Source of the DNA: an uncultured Gemmatimonadales bacterium
Lineage (GTDB): Bacteria; Gemmatimonadota; Gemmatimonadetes; Longimicrobiales; RSA9
NCBI GenBank assembly: GCA_963741945.1
Contig: CAVUKA010000003.1
Coordinates: 352,001-416,000, forward strand
Direction of reading: 5' to 3'
DNA: 64,000 nt
Shown: piece after piece, positions 62,750 to 64,000 of the stretch
How the letters are laid out: the number at the start of each line of letters is the position of its first letter
Position numbering within the stretch: position 1 is the first letter of the stretch
Position numbers and translations under genes: made by a program
Notes under the pieces: generated by a model
Databases searched by the model: none
Told to the model about the DNA's origin: nothing
The model's input: the letters and a program-made list of their open reading frames with translations, nothing else

Positions 62750-62806
62750 CTGGAGCCGGCGAGCGGGAGCGGGCGAGCGTCGAGTCAGCCCCTGCAGTCG
62801 CGCGTA

Positions 62807-62914
62807 GATCTCTCCAGCTGGAGAGATCCGGAACCCGGGCATAGCTCATATAGTGTTGTAGGGCAACAACATACATAAGCTGATTGTCCGAGGAGGTCTC
62901 TCCACCTGGAGAGA
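62807..62914. other. Dyad-symmetric element: two TCTCTCCA(G/C)CTGGAGAGA palindromes flanking an AT-rich inverted repeat
   Basis: GATCTCTCCAGCTGGAGAGATC at 62807-62828; TCTCTCCACCTGGAGAGA at 62897-62914; central TGTTG-TAGGG-CAACA. Confidence 0.85.
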
Positions 62915-63075
62915 ATGTCCGGGGAGGAGGTACAGGCCGGGCAACCTGTCCGGCGACGCCTCGCCCGGCAGCTGACCTCGCCGCGGCGGCTGACCGCGCG
63001 GCGGCGGCTTGCCTCGCGGGGCGGGGCGGCCGAAGATTCGGCGGACACGCACCCGCAGCCGGAGACCGACTCGCC

Positions 63076-64000
63076 ATGGCCGACACCATTGTCCCCGCGA
63101 CCTATCAGCCCCCCCTTCCCGCGGGCCGCCTCATCCTGGAGGAGGCGCCGGACGCCAATGCGGTCCCCATGGATGTGGTATTCGTGGGCGGCGGGCCCGC
63201 GGGGCTGGCGGGCGCGATCGAGCTGGCTCGCCTCGTCGCCGAGGCGAACGAGGCGGGAAGCGGGCCGGGCGAGGTGGAGATCGCGGTGCTGGAGAAGGCA
63301 GAGAGCCTGGGGGAGCACAACCTTTCCGGCGCGGTGATCAATCCGGGCCCGTTCCACACTCTCTTCCCTGACCTGTCCGAGGACGAATTCCCGTTCCGTG
63401 GCCCGGTGGAGAACGAGCGCGTGTACGTCCTGAGCGAGGGCGGGTCGCGCCGCATCCCGGTGCCGCCGCCGATGCGGAACCACGGCAACCGGATCGCGTC
63501 GATCTCGGAAGTGGTGCGCTGGATGGGCGAGAAGGCGGAAGCGGCGGGCGTGAACCTGTTCACGGGGTTCGCGGCCGAGTCGCTGCTGGTGGAGGGGGAG
63601 CGGGTGCTGGGCGTGCGCACGGCGGCCACGGGTCTGAACCGGGACGGCGAGCCGGGGAGCGGGTACATGCCGCCCACGGACGTGCTGGCGAAAGTCACGG
63701 CGTTGTCGGAAGGGACGCGCGGGCCGCTGGCGCAGGCGTTCGTGGAGTGGCAGGAGATTCCATCCGAGAACCCGCAGATCTTCGCTCTGGGCGTCAAGGA
63801 GATCTGGGAGACGAAGAAGCCGTTGGACGCGGTGATCCACACGATGGGGTGGCCGCTCCCGAAGGATGCGTTCGGTGGCAGCTTCATGTATCCGCTGGCC
63901 CCGGACCTGGTGTCCGTCGGGCTCGTCGTCGGCCTTGACTATCACGACGCCGGACTCGACCCGCACGTCCTTTTCCAGCGCATGAAGACGCACCCGCTCT
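63076..64000 (+). CDS. Electron transfer flavoprotein-ubiquinone oxidoreductase, 3'-truncated by window edge
   Basis: Not in ORF track; manual translation DVVFVGGGPAGL, LEKAESLGEHNLSGAV, NHGN, LGVKEIW, HTMGWPL, FGGSFMY. Confidence 0.93.
   Translation, partial: MADTIVPATYQPPLPAGRLILEEAPDANAVPMDVVFVGGGPAGLAGAIELARLVAEANEAGSGPGEVEIAVLEKAESLGEHNLSGAVINPGPFHTLFPDLSEDEFPFRGPVENERVYVLSEGGSRRIPVPPPMRNHGNRIASISEVVRWMGEKAEAAGVNLFTGFAAESLLVEGERVLGVRTAATGLNRDGEPGSGYMPPTDVLAKVTALSEGTRGPLAQAFVEWQEIPSENPQIFALGVKEIWETKKPLDAVIHTMGWPLPKDAFGGSFMYPLAPDLVSVGLVVGLDYHDAGLDPHVLFQRMKTHPL

Noticed and set aside
62841..62881. dif site or NrdR box in the AT-rich core
   Set aside because: No XerD arm (TTATGTTAAAT); only a partial NrdR-like half site and no nrd gene nearby

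Overview
High-GC bacterial chromosomal segment with no rRNA, tRNA, CRISPR array or transposase that I could recognise. Gene order (mfd, PPIase, surA, pdxA, ftsE, ftsX, envC-like, holB-like) and the style of the small hypothetical proteins suggest Gemmatimonadota; this is an inference. Content is mostly housekeeping (lepA, mfd, guaB, acs, glnA, fabI, acpS, moaC, fdhD-mobA-moeA, ETF-QO) plus many secreted peptidases and peptidoglycan enzymes. Less ordinary items: (1) an ANTAR response regulator preceded by a candidate promoter and a U9 intrinsic terminator, followed by a frameshifted REC-HisKA_2 kinase with degenerate ATP motifs, converging on glnA; (2) a bacterial aeRF1/pelota-like protein with Ala where the catalytic-loop Gln is expected; (3) a sodium:solute symporter with an extra C-terminal membrane module and two coupled microproteins, converging on a GH47 mannosidase; (4) a ~108-bp dyad-symmetric element beside a 13-bp tandem array; (5) apparent enrichment of the Bacteroidota-type O-glycosylation sequon in exported proteins; (6) a GT29 sialyltransferase-like ORF at the left edge that the ORF track missed. 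All calls come from motif recognition by eye. No database searches were run, and many start codons are my choice.
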